Assembly: GCA_036019775.1 (NCBI GenBank) | Contig: JAYXXD010000001.1 | Location: 3,202 to 67,201, forward strand | From: Thermoplasmatota archaeon | GTDB taxonomy: Archaea > Thermoplasmatota > Poseidoniia > Poseidoniales > Poseidoniaceae | Direction of reading: 5' to 3' | Length of the DNA stretch: 64,000 bases | Shown here: in pieces, positions 19,601-30,041 of the stretch | Layout: every line of letters begins with the position of its first letter | How positions within the stretch are numbered: the first letter of the stretch is position 1 | Translations under genes and position numbers: made by a program | The notes under the pieces: generated by a model | Database searches by the model: none | Told to the model about the DNA's origin: nothing | Seen by the model: only the letters and a program-made list of their open reading frames with translations

Positions 19601-22600
19601 GTGACGTCGATTTTAAAATCAAAAAAAGCAGTTCTGATATCGTTGTTACTCATCATACCACTGGTACTTGCTCCACAATCACTAGCGAACAATACAACCG
19701 AAGTAAACACGTTCACAGGAGGCGCCCAATCTCTAACAATACAGTCCGATGGCTCAAATACATCGAACGATTTACAACTTGAGTTAACGAGAAATGTTAC
19801 CTACCAAGACGCATCGTTTATTGTAAAATTTGAAAATCCTTCTCAGAGTCCAGGTAGTGTATTCGTCAACAATAGTTTCGGTGATAAGATTTGGGAGTTT
19901 AGCTCTCCTGAGTATGGGGGCCTTGGTTCTCAAAACTCATTCGAATCTGGATATACCTACGATATAGCTATGTTGAATAACAACTCAACAATTTCTACTC
20001 CGATTTTACTACCAACGAATGCAGGACTCCAATCCAGTTCTGTCAATGTGACGTTTACACCACAAATAGACGGACATTATGTTCCCGTAGGATCTGTAAC
20101 ACAGATGGAACTTGGTAATTCAAACAACGACAATATGTCTGACGCATTTGTTCTTTCAACAGATAACTCAACTACTGGCGTAAACACAGGATTTGCCGTG
20201 ATTGAAAGTAGCAACACAAATCACAATTACTCGCTTACGAACTGGACGCCTACTTGCTCGACTTCTGAAGTTATGCGAATTGCTGATTTGAATAACGATT
20301 CGTATGATGATGTCGTAACGTTTCAAATAATGAACAATACGATATGCATCCATTATTACAACCCAACCAACTTAACTTATGACCCTGAAATTCTTGTTAA
20401 TTTAACAACTGATCCAATGGACCTTCAAATTGCAGATTTAAATTTAGACGGAAAACCAGACCTTGTGAGCATCCATGGGCCAGCACAAAACGGCAGCGTA
20501 TCGTTATCGCTGCAAATTACTTCCTCAATGTTTGTCGAAGCGTCGAATTTACCGATTTATGAGTGGAATTCGAACCAAAACCGAGCTAATATGCGTTCCC
20601 TGAAGGTTGGAAACTTCTTTTCCCCTCTTCAAAATCAAACCTATTTGTTGGTAATAGATGACAATGATGATGCAACATTGGTCTATTATGATAGTCAATC
20701 TAAGGCCCTTATGAGCAACATGACGCAATACAGGAACATGAGTTCCGAATCTGTAGGGGGCGATATTGATGCGGATGGAGATATTGATTTTATTTCTCCT
20801 TACATGAGTGAATCGAGCATACATCTGAACAACGGGACCGGTTGGATTGAAACGAAAAGTAATCAGGTTATCGAAACTAGAAATGCGACAATTGCAGATC
20901 ACAATAACGATGGTATTGCCTCACTTTTCTTCCCGAATCCAATGGTAAGTGACGGTAATCCGGCTACGATTGAAGGGGTTATCCAGTTCAATGATTTCCA
21001 CAACTCAGGTATTCTCGCTACGAACCCAAGTCCGTTGCAACCATATTCCCAGCCATCCGACGTCTTGTTCTCTGATCTCAACAATGACAAAGTCATGGAA
21101 CAGTTTGTACTTGCAGGCGAGAGCTCTCAAGGCGTCTTCATAGGAGCGTGGCATAATCTCTCAATCGATGCAGATCTTGACGGTAGCAATGACTTGTCGG
21201 TGGAAGGGTACTCGAGCTCAACAATACAACACCTTGGGGTATTGACACTTTCAGATTCTAATGATTTAATTAAAACATCATTCGAGTATTCTCTTCCTCC
21301 TAATCCGAGTATAACCGATGGATACGATATAGAAATGCAAGGTTATTCCATCATGTTGTCAAGCAATTCAATTGGAATCGCAAATGTTTCAGATTTGGAG
21401 ATAAATTATGATATCGAATTTTTAGTAACCAACAATCCTGGATTAGTTGGCTCGTTAACCAATTCTCTAAATTTAGAGATGGAAGCGGGTATTGGCCAAT
21501 TTAACGTCACTTTACCTGTGGAAACAAGCCAACCCGGCTCCTTCGAAGTCGTGGATTTGAGTTTAATCTCTACCCCTGGCGCACCGAACATAACTCTACC
21601 CCCCGATCCAGCGCTAACAAGCACTGTAACTCTGGATAATGTAAAAATTGAATGGCAACCAATTTCTGAGTTTGGGCCAAATTTAGTTGAGTTCCTGATT
21701 TACAAATCCACCTCAGTAGAATCAATTGACTATTCGACTCCTGAAGAAATTGTTGTTAATCAAAATTATTTTGTTGACGAATCCATATCACCAGGATCAA
21801 CGTACGTTTACGTCTTACGCTCAATCCATCTTTATGGCGTAGCTAGTAATTTCTCGTCACCAATTGAAGTCTATGTGCCCTATCCATCGCCTCCAACTCC
21901 AGTTACAAATGTACAATTAATCGATCTTGACCTATCTACTCAATCCTCTCCTCTGAAAGTTTCATGGGAAGAAAACACTGATCTGCATTTGGTTTCAGAA
22001 TACAAAATCTATGTTGCAAAATCGAGTTTTTCTCCGTTAAATTCCGAATCCGAAATCCTAGCTACTGAAAATTACACAATCGATGGCGTTTCGTTCCAAC
22101 CAGTTGCTACAGTCCCAAGTTCAGTTTTGGAATATGAAATCGATCAAACGAGTTCTAAATTGAGCGAGGGAGTAGTCTTACCGTCTGAACCAATTCAGGA
22201 TGGAATACAATATTGGGTCGCAGTCGCAGCGGTGGACGGTTATGGAAATGCTACCGGCCCCTTGCCTTTTGCTGGGCCAACAACTCCATTCAATAATACG
22301 TACATCAATAGTCAGTTGGAAATTATAATTGAATCAGGGCCTGCAGAATCAGAAAATCACATTCTTGAGTCAACCAGTCCAATGAAAATTACTCTACATG
22401 CATACTATTTGGATGGCAACGGCGCAATTACAGCAATTGAAAATGCTGACCTTGAACTTAACTTGACCTATGGCGAGGAACAATATCTGCTCAGTGGAGA
22501 AAGTGATTCATCGGGGCAATGGATTGCCATCGATGTGGAAAACTTACACGATTCGGCGATTCCACAAAGCTTACTCAATTTCTCAACTAATCTGACCGGT

Positions 22601-23743
22601 ATAGTAAACATTCAGGCTTCTATGAATGCGATTGAGATTATCGATACCCAACCCTATGCTTCTGTGAATGCGGTTGAATCAATCTCCACCGGGATGTTTG
22701 TTGAACTTGTTGGTCCACAATCTCCGGTCGATGTTGATGCAAATGCAGCAATTGACGTTAACATATCGTTGAACGCCCTCGACTCTTCCAGTCCCGCTCA
22801 TCAGGCTTCACTTGAAGGAACAACAATTTCATGGAAGGCGTTCAACAATAATTCACAAGAACCATTGTCAACAGGCTCAGAAACAATAGATTCAGGAAAA
22901 ATTCGAATTGCATCCACATTTGAAGACATTAGCCGAATTGAATTTTCAGTCGATTCTGAGCAACGAATTTTCTTTGGTACGACTGAAATAACCCTCATAC
23001 TTAATCCATATTCTGTTCCAAATCAGAACAATGAAACGAATCAAAACGAAACGGAATGGGTTCCTACGAGCATACAGCCTGTTGAAATCGAATGCGAGGT
23101 GCCAACGTTGCTTACGAATCAACCATCCTCAGATGACCCAATCGAATGCAATATTAAAAACCCGAATCCGTTTTCAGTCAAGGTTGAAATTTTCGTAAAG
23201 GAATCTCCGCCGTTGTTTAAGTCGCCTGGCGTTGTGACAATCGAAGCAAATGGAACAGTTCCGGTATCGTTCGATCCAAAATACGACGAACCGCTCTGGG
23301 ACCGTCAAGATGATGCAAACGTTGAGAAAGAATTCACCATTCGAACACTCACAAGTGCAACGGTTTATGAGTTGAGCGTATCCAAGGAAGATATCGTTGT
23401 TTGGATAGCAGATATTTTTGTAACGACTGAACCGACTTCAGATGGAGAAGAACAAAGCTCTTCAGATGCAGTTCTATGGGGAGGAATTGGAGCAGGGGCA
23501 ATCATTCTTCTGATTGTCGGACTTGTTCTTTACCGTCGTGCATCTGCAGATTTTGAGGATGAATCCTTCTATCAAGAAGATGAAATTATGCTTGAAGAAA
23601 ATGATGAACCCGTTGAAATACCAACAGGAAAACCGCTCGATGAATTTGAAGACGTGGTTATTTCAGAACAACCAGAAAAGAAAGAACGTCCAAGCGATTC
23701 TCTTATTTCAGAGGTCGAGAACTTGGGAGACGAAATCATTTAA
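19601..23743 (+). CDS. Large cell-surface protein with FG-GAP/VCBS-like Ca-binding repeats, FN3-like domains and C-terminal TM (frame resumes to 23884 after TAA TAA)
   Basis: Signal peptide; ADLNNDSYDD, ADLNLDGKPD, GDIDADGDID repeats; FN3 W...Y.Y motifs; TM WGGIGAGAIILLIVGLVLYRR. Confidence 0.8.
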   Translation: MTSILKSKKAVLISLLLIIPLVLAPQSLANNTTEVNTFTGGAQSLTIQSDGSNTSNDLQLELTRNVTYQDASFIVKFENPSQSPGSVFVNNSFGDKIWEFSSPEYGGLGSQNSFESGYTYDIAMLNNNSTISTPILLPTNAGLQSSSVNVTFTPQIDGHYVPVGSVTQMELGNSNNDNMSDAFVLSTDNSTTGVNTGFAVIESSNTNHNYSLTNWTPTCSTSEVMRIADLNNDSYDDVVTFQIMNNTICIHYYNPTNLTYDPEILVNLTTDPMDLQIADLNLDGKPDLVSIHGPAQNGSVSLSLQITSSMFVEASNLPIYEWNSNQNRANMRSLKVGNFFSPLQNQTYLLVIDDNDDATLVYYDSQSKALMSNMTQYRNMSSESVGGDIDADGDIDFISPYMSESSIHLNNGTGWIETKSNQVIETRNATIADHNNDGIASLFFPNPMVSDGNPATIEGVIQFNDFHNSGILATNPSPLQPYSQPSDVLFSDLNNDKVMEQFVLAGESSQGVFIGAWHNLSIDADLDGSNDLSVEGYSSSTIQHLGVLTLSDSNDLIKTSFEYSLPPNPSITDGYDIEMQGYSIMLSSNSIGIANVSDLEINYDIEFLVTNNPGLVGSLTNSLNLEMEAGIGQFNVTLPVETSQPGSFEVVDLSLISTPGAPNITLPPDPALTSTVTLDNVKIEWQPISEFGPNLVEFLIYKSTSVESIDYSTPEEIVVNQNYFVDESISPGSTYVYVLRSIHLYGVASNFSSPIEVYVPYPSPPTPVTNVQLIDLDLSTQSSPLKVSWEENTDLHLVSEYKIYVAKSSFSPLNSESEILATENYTIDGVSFQPVATVPSSVLEYEIDQTSSKLSEGVVLPSEPIQDGIQYWVAVAAVDGYGNATGPLPFAGPTTPFNNTYINSQLEIIIESGPAESENHILESTSPMKITLHAYYLDGNGAITAIENADLELNLTYGEEQYLLSGESDSSGQWIAIDVENLHDSAIPQSLLNFSTNLTGIVNIQASMNAIEIIDTQPYASVNAVESISTGMFVELVGPQSPVDVDANAAIDVNISLNALDSSSPAHQASLEGTTISWKAFNNNSQEPLSTGSETIDSGKIRIASTFEDISRIEFSVDSEQRIFFGTTEITLILNPYSVPNQNNETNQNETEWVPTSIQPVEIECEVPTLLTNQPSSDDPIECNIKNPNPFSVKVEIFVKESPPLFKSPGVVTIEANGTVPVSFDPKYDEPLWDRQDDANVEKEFTIRTLTSATVYELSVSKEDIVVWIADIFVTTEPTSDGEEQSSSDAVLWGGIGAGAIILLIVGLVLYRRASADFEDESFYQEDEIMLEENDEPVEIPTGKPLDEFEDVVISEQPEKKERPSDSLISEVENLGDEII

Positions 23744-23929
23744 TAATATCCTGGAGAGGAAGATCCTGAAAACGATGACGACATCTCAGTGGATGAATTT
23801 GGAACGGAATGGTATGAAGATGAAGTTGGGACTTGGTGGTTCCGCGAAGCCGGAGAACAAGACTGGTCCGAATACAATGAATGATCGCCGAGATATTTTT
23901 CAAACACTATACGACCAGCGATATGGGGT

Positions 23930-24685
23930 GTGAGCATGAAGCAACAATTCGAGACGTATGACCTCGTTCTTCGTTCGGGAGTTGACCCGGCCACGAGTGG
24001 TGTCGCAATATGTGGATTCACCACAGCTGGAATGGTGGGAGTTATTGCGACATCCCACATCATCGAATCGCTCAATCTCACGCAGCTTGGAACAGTCATG
24101 GATGAGAATTTTCCAGCAGTTGCTTTAATTCAGAATGAAATTCCTCGCCACCCGGTCCGTGTCTATCAGGGTGATGGTATTGGTGTTTTTACCGCAGAAA
24201 TTCAATTTGATAAAGAACAAGATATCGCTTTTGGCTCAACAGTCCTCGAATGGTTCAATGCAGGCGGTTTCGATCAATTGATAATTATCGATGGTATTCT
24301 GAAGCCAGAAAAACAGATTCAGGGTGAAGGCTTGTTTGCTGTCGGAGCCAATGATGTTGCACGTGCTCGCCTAAAATCCCTCGATTTGCAAACGATTCAA
24401 CGAGGGGTTGTTTCAGGAATTACAGGATTTTTGCTGAGTGAAGGCGATCGCCTCAATCTCGACATCACCGCTTTACTCTCTGAGGCGAGCCCGATGTATC
24501 CGGATGTTCGAGCGGCTGCTGTTGCTATCGAAGCAATCACAGAGATGACGGGCAAAGAAATTCCACTCTCAAAGATGCTCGAAAATGCCCGTAGTATCGA
24601 GCAATCGGTTCAAGAAATCATTGAAAGCGCTACGCCGCTTTTGCCCTCGCCAGATGAAGATTTAAACGACCCATCATTCGGTTGA
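23930..24685 (+). CDS. PAC2-family proteasome assembly chaperone (second paralog)
   Basis: GF...GMVG.IA, P.RVY, G.VSGITG.LL and PDVRAAA motifs. Confidence 0.9.
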   Translation: MSMKQQFETYDLVLRSGVDPATSGVAICGFTTAGMVGVIATSHIIESLNLTQLGTVMDENFPAVALIQNEIPRHPVRVYQGDGIGVFTAEIQFDKEQDIAFGSTVLEWFNAGGFDQLIIIDGILKPEKQIQGEGLFAVGANDVARARLKSLDLQTIQRGVVSGITGFLLSEGDRLNLDITALLSEASPMYPDVRAAAVAIEAITEMTGKEIPLSKMLENARSIEQSVQEIIESATPLLPSPDEDLNDPSFG

Positions 24686-26023
24686 TTGGAATGATTGAAC
24701 AAATTCGATGACAGTTTCAAACGGTGCCAACGTTGCTATGAATGGGCGTAAATCAGGTATTCGAGCGGTCAAATGTCCAGCTTCATTGAGAGCGCCAATA
24801 AGCCGTTCCATGGTCGGAAGGGAGCCTACATTTGCCAGGCGTGGAAGTTCATCAAAGGGCAACAACAAGTGTTCGCGAGACAACAATGGTGCTGCTTGCG
24901 CAATGTGGCGAACAGAACGACGAATTTCTCGTTCTGCGTAGAGTTGGTCCTCATCTGTCCATTTGAGACCAAGATCCATTCCCCTCTGAAGATCTGCAGC
25001 CGTAGCCAAACATGTCTCAACAGCATGTTCTTCTGTCAGTCGCAAGCAAACTTCTTCGTTCCATAGAGGGCCAATCCACATCGGCCCACTCGATCGTTCA
25101 AGTTCTTCCGAAGTCGGATGATTTGTGAACTTATACGGCTTGCCTTCGGTTCGTACTCGCCATCCCATGAAGTCTCGAGTTCGGTCAGCGTTCTGCTTGC
25201 TCTTTCGAACCAGTACCGAAACTCGAACATGATGTCCATCGAACAACGCCAAAATCGGTTCAATGGCCCTATCGAGCTGAGCCGCTCTAGTTGCAATCGT
25301 TCCGAGCAGAACGCGAACAGCATCATCATGAGCGTACAAATCGACGATGCCTCTGTGGCCATAGCGACGCATCCCTGATGATGCGGATGATCCTGTTAAT
25401 GCAGCAGTGTCTGTCGCCGTTACCTCAAGGACGCCAACTCTTCCAAGGGCCTGAAGAGCGCTATCGATGAAGGTGATGGGAGAACCGAATGGGTCTACAT
25501 CAATCCATTGAAATGAACCTTGAACCATGGCCATTCGAGCATCGTAATGCTGGAACTTGATTCCATTCTTCCCGATGAAATGAGGTTTTTCTTGTTCATC
25601 GTCAATGTGAGATGTATGCGAAACCACCTCGTCGGAATCGATGGAAGTCAAGGCCCAGTCAAGTGCATTTTTGTCGAGATCATTTGCAGTAATGTGAAGT
25701 TTTGATTGAAGGTTCATTTCAATCTCATTTCGCCACCGCCGAACACGGATTCCAGTCGCACACAAGGCGTCGAGGGCTCGGATTGGGCGGTCACCATTGA
25801 CCCACCCATGTTGCAAAGCATCTTGCAGCAGCAGCACAGAACGTGTCCGAGCGGGCGCCATAGCTGGATTCATGAAACCCGAACCTGACTTTGCTGCAGG
25901 ACCTCTTGGCATGTGTGAAGGACGAGACTGGTCGCTCTTGAGATGGACAAAAGTTCGTCCCTCACACCACAAATGGCCTGGCCAGCCTTGAGGAGATTCC
26001 TGGCCGGTGAACGATTCGCCCAT
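24674..26023 (-). CDS. trm1: tRNA (guanine-26 N2)-dimethyltransferase
   Basis: F.NPAM...R..S, DAL.ATGIR, AND, IDVDPFGSP, VTATDTA.L.G and GPMWIGPL. Confidence 0.9.
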   Translation of the reverse strand: MGESFTGQESPQGWPGHLWCEGRTFVHLKSDQSRPSHMPRGPAAKSGSGFMNPAMAPARTRSVLLLQDALQHGWVNGDRPIRALDALCATGIRVRRWRNEIEMNLQSKLHITANDLDKNALDWALTSIDSDEVVSHTSHIDDEQEKPHFIGKNGIKFQHYDARMAMVQGSFQWIDVDPFGSPITFIDSALQALGRVGVLEVTATDTAALTGSSASSGMRRYGHRGIVDLYAHDDAVRVLLGTIATRAAQLDRAIEPILALFDGHHVRVSVLVRKSKQNADRTRDFMGWRVRTEGKPYKFTNHPTSEELERSSGPMWIGPLWNEEVCLRLTEEHAVETCLATAADLQRGMDLGLKWTDEDQLYAEREIRRSVRHIAQAAPLLSREHLLLPFDELPRLANVGSLPTMERLIGALNEAGHLTARIPDLRPFIATLAPFETVIEFVQSFQSTE

Positions 26024-26061
26024 GTTAGGTCGAAATGATTCCTCTTCTTGACCGCACCGCT

Positions 26062-27159
26062 TCAATAATGATCAAAGAAAATTTCTGAATTTGAATGTGT
26101 GACTCTATGTCCATTGTCATGAACATAACCGATAATGGCTGCCTCTGGCTCGTGTTGTTGAATGAAGGAAAGGATGGAGCCTGCTTGGTCCTTTACAACT
26201 GCAAGAACCATACCTAGGCCCATATTGAACGTTCGATGCATTTCCAAATCTGTGACGTTTCCTTGGGACTGGAGCCAAGAGAATTCAGGAGGAATTGCCA
26301 TCGGTGTTTCGATGTGCCAACCAAGATCATCGTGCAAACGAAGCAAATTGGACAAACCGCCGCCAGTGATGTGAGCAATTCCATGAACTGCATGGACCGA
26401 TTTTTGTGAGGACTGAAGATGGTTGAGTAATGCGATGACGGGAGAACAATAGATTTTGGTCGGAATGAGAAGAACTTCTGCTAACGTGGGATTATCTGAT
26501 AATTCCCGGCCATTAAAATCAGCATTGAATGGACAAGGATCCGTGTAAGTTGGACCAATACGATCGATGATGTTTCGAACCAGTGAGAATCCGTTTGAAT
26601 GGATGCCTGATGATGGCAGCCCAATGAGCACATCTCCTGGTCCCAATCGTTCTCCGGTAATTGCTGAATCCTTCTTGAGGAAACCGAGCGCTGTACCTGA
26701 AAGGTCAAGCTCGGTTACAATCCCTGGAAGTGATGCCGTCTCCCCACCTGCGAGCGTGACGTTCGCTAATTCACATGCTTTTGCGAGAGACGCACCAACT
26801 GCGGCATGAACCACTGGGTCCGGTTTGGGAACGGCAATATAATCGACAAATGCAATAGGTTCAGCCCCTACGCACAACAAGTCGTTGACATTCATTGCCA
26901 TGCAGTCAATCCCAACGCTATCCCAATTGTTTACTGCTGTTGCAATCTGAAGTTTACTTCCAACTCCATCGGTCGCCATAGCCAAGAGATAATCTCCGAA
27001 TTCAATCAACCCACCAAAACCGCCAGGCAAATCAACTGGCGCTCCAGGGGTTCCGGGTTTACGCGTTGAGCGTTGTAGTGAACCGATGAGCGAGGCAACA
27101 GCAGCACCTTCAAGATCGATATCAACACCGCTTGAGGCATAATCCATGGGGTCGCTCAT
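26062..27159 (-). CDS. purM: Phosphoribosylformylglycinamidine cyclo-ligase (AIR synthetase)
   Basis: YASSGVDI, TDGVGSK, AMNVND, GGETA, SSGIHSNG.S, HITGGG and TFNMG.G. Confidence 0.96.
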   Translation of the reverse strand: MSDPMDYASSGVDIDLEGAAVASLIGSLQRSTRKPGTPGAPVDLPGGFGGLIEFGDYLLAMATDGVGSKLQIATAVNNWDSVGIDCMAMNVNDLLCVGAEPIAFVDYIAVPKPDPVVHAAVGASLAKACELANVTLAGGETASLPGIVTELDLSGTALGFLKKDSAITGERLGPGDVLIGLPSSGIHSNGFSLVRNIIDRIGPTYTDPCPFNADFNGRELSDNPTLAEVLLIPTKIYCSPVIALLNHLQSSQKSVHAVHGIAHITGGGLSNLLRLHDDLGWHIETPMAIPPEFSWLQSQGNVTDLEMHRTFNMGLGMVLAVVKDQAGSILSFIQQHEPEAAIIGYVHDNGHRVTHSNSEIFFDHY

Positions 27160-27181
27160 ACAATTACCAAAGCAAGACAAT

Positions 27182-27694
27182 TCATGAATCAATCGTCTCG
27201 CCAATCAACAATCGAGCAGCGCTAATTATCTGTTTGTGGGATTCCGCAAGCCTGTGTCCGTCATTGACCTTGTGAAATGCAATGATTTCTTGTCCAGATC
27301 GTTCAGCATACTCGATGCTGCATTCGATAGGAACTATATCGTCATCAATGCCATGAATGATGACAGTCTTCAGTCCCTTAGGGGCAACGAGCACAGTGTC
27401 ATCCTCGATAGGGGGCTCACTAAGATGCAGTGCCGGTGCGCATAGAAGGAGTCCACGAAACGCTTCATTCATTCTCATCACAACGATCGATGCAGCCAGC
27501 CCACCATAGCTCGAACCCGCAAGCACCGGTTTCGCCTCTCGATGTTCTTCGCATACCCGTTGAAGCAAATCCACGCGGTCCGCAAGCGCCATTCCTTGGA
27601 AGTCAGGGGCAAGGACTTCAAATCCAGCTTCCCGAAGAGAGCGAATTTTACTCCCGTTTGGCGAACCTTCCATTCCATGAGCGAAGATAATCAT
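27182..27694 (-). CDS. Small alpha/beta hydrolase (YqiA-like esterase)
   Basis: FAHG, GSSYGG nucleophile elbow, HG..DD.VP and GH. Confidence 0.85.
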   Translation of the reverse strand: MIIFAHGMEGSPNGSKIRSLREAGFEVLAPDFQGMALADRVDLLQRVCEEHREAKPVLAGSSYGGLAASIVVMRMNEAFRGLLLCAPALHLSEPPIEDDTVLVAPKGLKTVIIHGIDDDIVPIECSIEYAERSGQEIIAFHKVNDGHRLAESHKQIISAARLLIGETIDS

Positions 27695-27793
27695 GCCAAA
27701 TCCTCGCATCAGCCCAATATGAACTTATTGAGGCTGGCGTTTTTCCACTCCCTGTCAAATTTTGTGTAAATGCGGGCATGAAGACATCATTTT

Positions 27794-27813
27794 CTCCAGT
27801 GGAAATCAGGGGG
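27794..27813 (+). promoter_or_regulatory. ORB-like (Orc1/Cdc6 origin recognition box) element with G-string
   Basis: CTCCAGTGGAAATCAGGGGG fits the archaeal ORB pattern TCCAGTGGAAA-N-G-run; about 70 nt upstream of mcm. Confidence 0.6.
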
Positions 27814-27882
27814 AGCAGAAGTTGTAATGGAACCATTAAGAACGGTAGCCTTCCATAAGTAACTCCTTGGCGTGGTGCAACG

Positions 27883-29997
27883 ATGATTCAAGACTTTGAT
27901 TTAACAGCACGATGGTCAACGCTCCTTCATGCACATTTCACTGAGGATGTCCACAACATTGCTCAACTTTGGCCAGATGTTCAAAGTCTTGAAGTTTCAT
28001 ATCGAACCATAGAAGGGTTCGACCCTACATTTGCTCAGAGCATCTTGGAACAACCCGATCTTCACGGCGACGCATCGAACCGAGCATTGCGGGAACTACT
28101 TGCTGACGTTGGTTATGGAACCATCAACCCGTGGGTACGTATTGTCCATCTCCCCAGCGACCAAGTACGCACTGTCTCACAACTTCGCTCAGATGATATT
28201 GGTCTGATGATTTCGATTGATGCGGTGGTCACAAAAATTTCAGGTGTTCGTCCAAGAATGTATTCTGCTACATTCAAGTGCGTTGCTTGTGAGCACCTAA
28301 CTACGATTCAGCAACCAAATGAACAGGAATTAATCAATCCGATGGAATGTTCGCAAATCGATGGCGGATGCGGTTTGACAAATCGCCAAACACGATTCCA
28401 ATTGCTGCAAGAACGTTCAACGTTAACGAACTCTCAGTTTATTGAACTTCAAGAGCTACCCGAACAGGTCCGTGGAGGAGTTCAACCCGAACGTATCTCC
28501 TGCATCGCAGAACACGACCTCACCGGAAAAGTCAATCCAGGCGACCGAGTCAAAGCAAACGGCGTCTTGTTCATCCGTTCACAACGAAAGTTTGGCAAAG
28601 ATACTCCAGTGTTTGACATTTTCATGCGTGTTCAGTCTCTTGAACGACAGAACCTCGCTCTCGAAGAAATTGTTGTAAGCGATGAGGAAGAAGCAGAGAT
28701 TCGAGCATTTGCTGCCAATCAAGATGTGTACAAGCGCATCTCTGAATCCATAGCACCATCGATTTTTGGTATGGATAAAATCAAAGAAACTTTGATGTTA
28801 CAATTGTTTGGAGGCGTTGCACGCCTCAACCCCGATGGGACAAGAAACCGTGGAGATATTCACATTCTCCTTATGGGCGATCCCGGTGTTGCAAAATCAC
28901 AACTTCTTGCCTACATGGGGAACATTTCACCTCGTGGTCGATTCACTTCTGGTATGTCTGCCTCCGCTGCTGGTTTAACTGCAGCTGCTGTGCAAGATGC
29001 AAGTGCTGATGGTCGATGGACTTTGGAAGCGGGGGCTCTTGTTCTTGCAGACCAAGGCCTTGCTGCGATTGACGAATTCGACAAGATGAACCAAGCCGAC
29101 AGATCGAGCATGCACGAGGCAATGGAGCAGCAGACTATTTCGATTTCAAAAGCAGGAATCAATGCTAGTCTTCGGACTCGTTGTGCGGTTTTGGCTGCTG
29201 CTAACCCGAAGGCAGGTCGATTCCAACCCGTTTCGGAGGTTCCATTCACTGGACAAATCAATCTCGCTCCACCGCTCATTTCACGTTTCGATGTCATTTG
29301 GCTGTTGACCGACGAGCCTTCGGAAGATAAGGATGCCAAGATTGCTGGACATATTGTCGACAATCGGTTGTCTGGAACGAGTGAATTACTGGTGAATGAA
29401 GGGTCAAGGCCCGACCCTAGAAAGCTGAGTTCTGTAATGACAAAACCAAGCCATACCGACGGGCACCTCCACAGAGAGTTCATCCGAAAGTACGTTGCTT
29501 ATGCAAAGAGAACCGTTCATCCAAATCTAAACGAAGAGGCAAAAAAACACATCATCAGTTATTACGTTACAACACGAAAGCAATCAGGTGAGTTCCAAGA
29601 TTCAGTTGCAATCACAGCACGTGCTCTTGAGGCGCTCGCCCGCCTTGCCGAGGCTAGTGCCCGAATTCGCTTGTCGGAAATTGCGACGATTGAGGATGCC
29701 GAGCGAGCAGTTCGTTTGACCAAGACTTGGAGATACGATCTCATGGGTGAGAACTTCGATGAGACTGCCATTGCCTCGAATCAGAAAGGGAAGGCTCGGC
29801 ATGCGGAACGAACAATTCTCGACATCGTGGACCGTTTGTCCTCCAATGGTGAAGGATTCGCACAACTCGTCGATGTTCTCAATGAGGCAGAGCGCCTTGA
29901 TATCACTCGAGATAAAGCAGAAGAAGTCATTGATAAACTCAATCAAAATGGTCGATTGATGCGTCCAACGGGTTACGATACACTTCAAATTGTTTAG
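27883..29997 (+). CDS. mcm: Replicative MCM helicase
   Basis: Zn finger (C..C...C....C), QELPE, GDPGVAKSQ Walker A, IDEFDKM Walker B, SRFD arginine finger, ITARALE; no intein. Confidence 0.97.
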   Translation: MIQDFDLTARWSTLLHAHFTEDVHNIAQLWPDVQSLEVSYRTIEGFDPTFAQSILEQPDLHGDASNRALRELLADVGYGTINPWVRIVHLPSDQVRTVSQLRSDDIGLMISIDAVVTKISGVRPRMYSATFKCVACEHLTTIQQPNEQELINPMECSQIDGGCGLTNRQTRFQLLQERSTLTNSQFIELQELPEQVRGGVQPERISCIAEHDLTGKVNPGDRVKANGVLFIRSQRKFGKDTPVFDIFMRVQSLERQNLALEEIVVSDEEEAEIRAFAANQDVYKRISESIAPSIFGMDKIKETLMLQLFGGVARLNPDGTRNRGDIHILLMGDPGVAKSQLLAYMGNISPRGRFTSGMSASAAGLTAAAVQDASADGRWTLEAGALVLADQGLAAIDEFDKMNQADRSSMHEAMEQQTISISKAGINASLRTRCAVLAAANPKAGRFQPVSEVPFTGQINLAPPLISRFDVIWLLTDEPSEDKDAKIAGHIVDNRLSGTSELLVNEGSRPDPRKLSSVMTKPSHTDGHLHREFIRKYVAYAKRTVHPNLNEEAKKHIISYYVTTRKQSGEFQDSVAITARALEALARLAEASARIRLSEIATIEDAERAVRLTKTWRYDLMGENFDETAIASNQKGKARHAERTILDIVDRLSSNGEGFAQLVDVLNEAERLDITRDKAEEVIDKLNQNGRLMRPTGYDTLQIV

Positions 29998-30041
29998 ATG
30001 TGAAGCAATCATCTCTTGAAGGGGAAATGTGTGGGAAGCCC

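Noticed and set aside
23741..23749. Programmed readthrough or TAA recoding
   Set aside because: TAA terminates many ordinary genes here, and two consecutive stops with a G>T pattern fit an error or mutation better
27883..29997. Intein in MCM
   Set aside because: Length (704 aa) and motif spacing are normal; no splice-junction or homing endonuclease motifs
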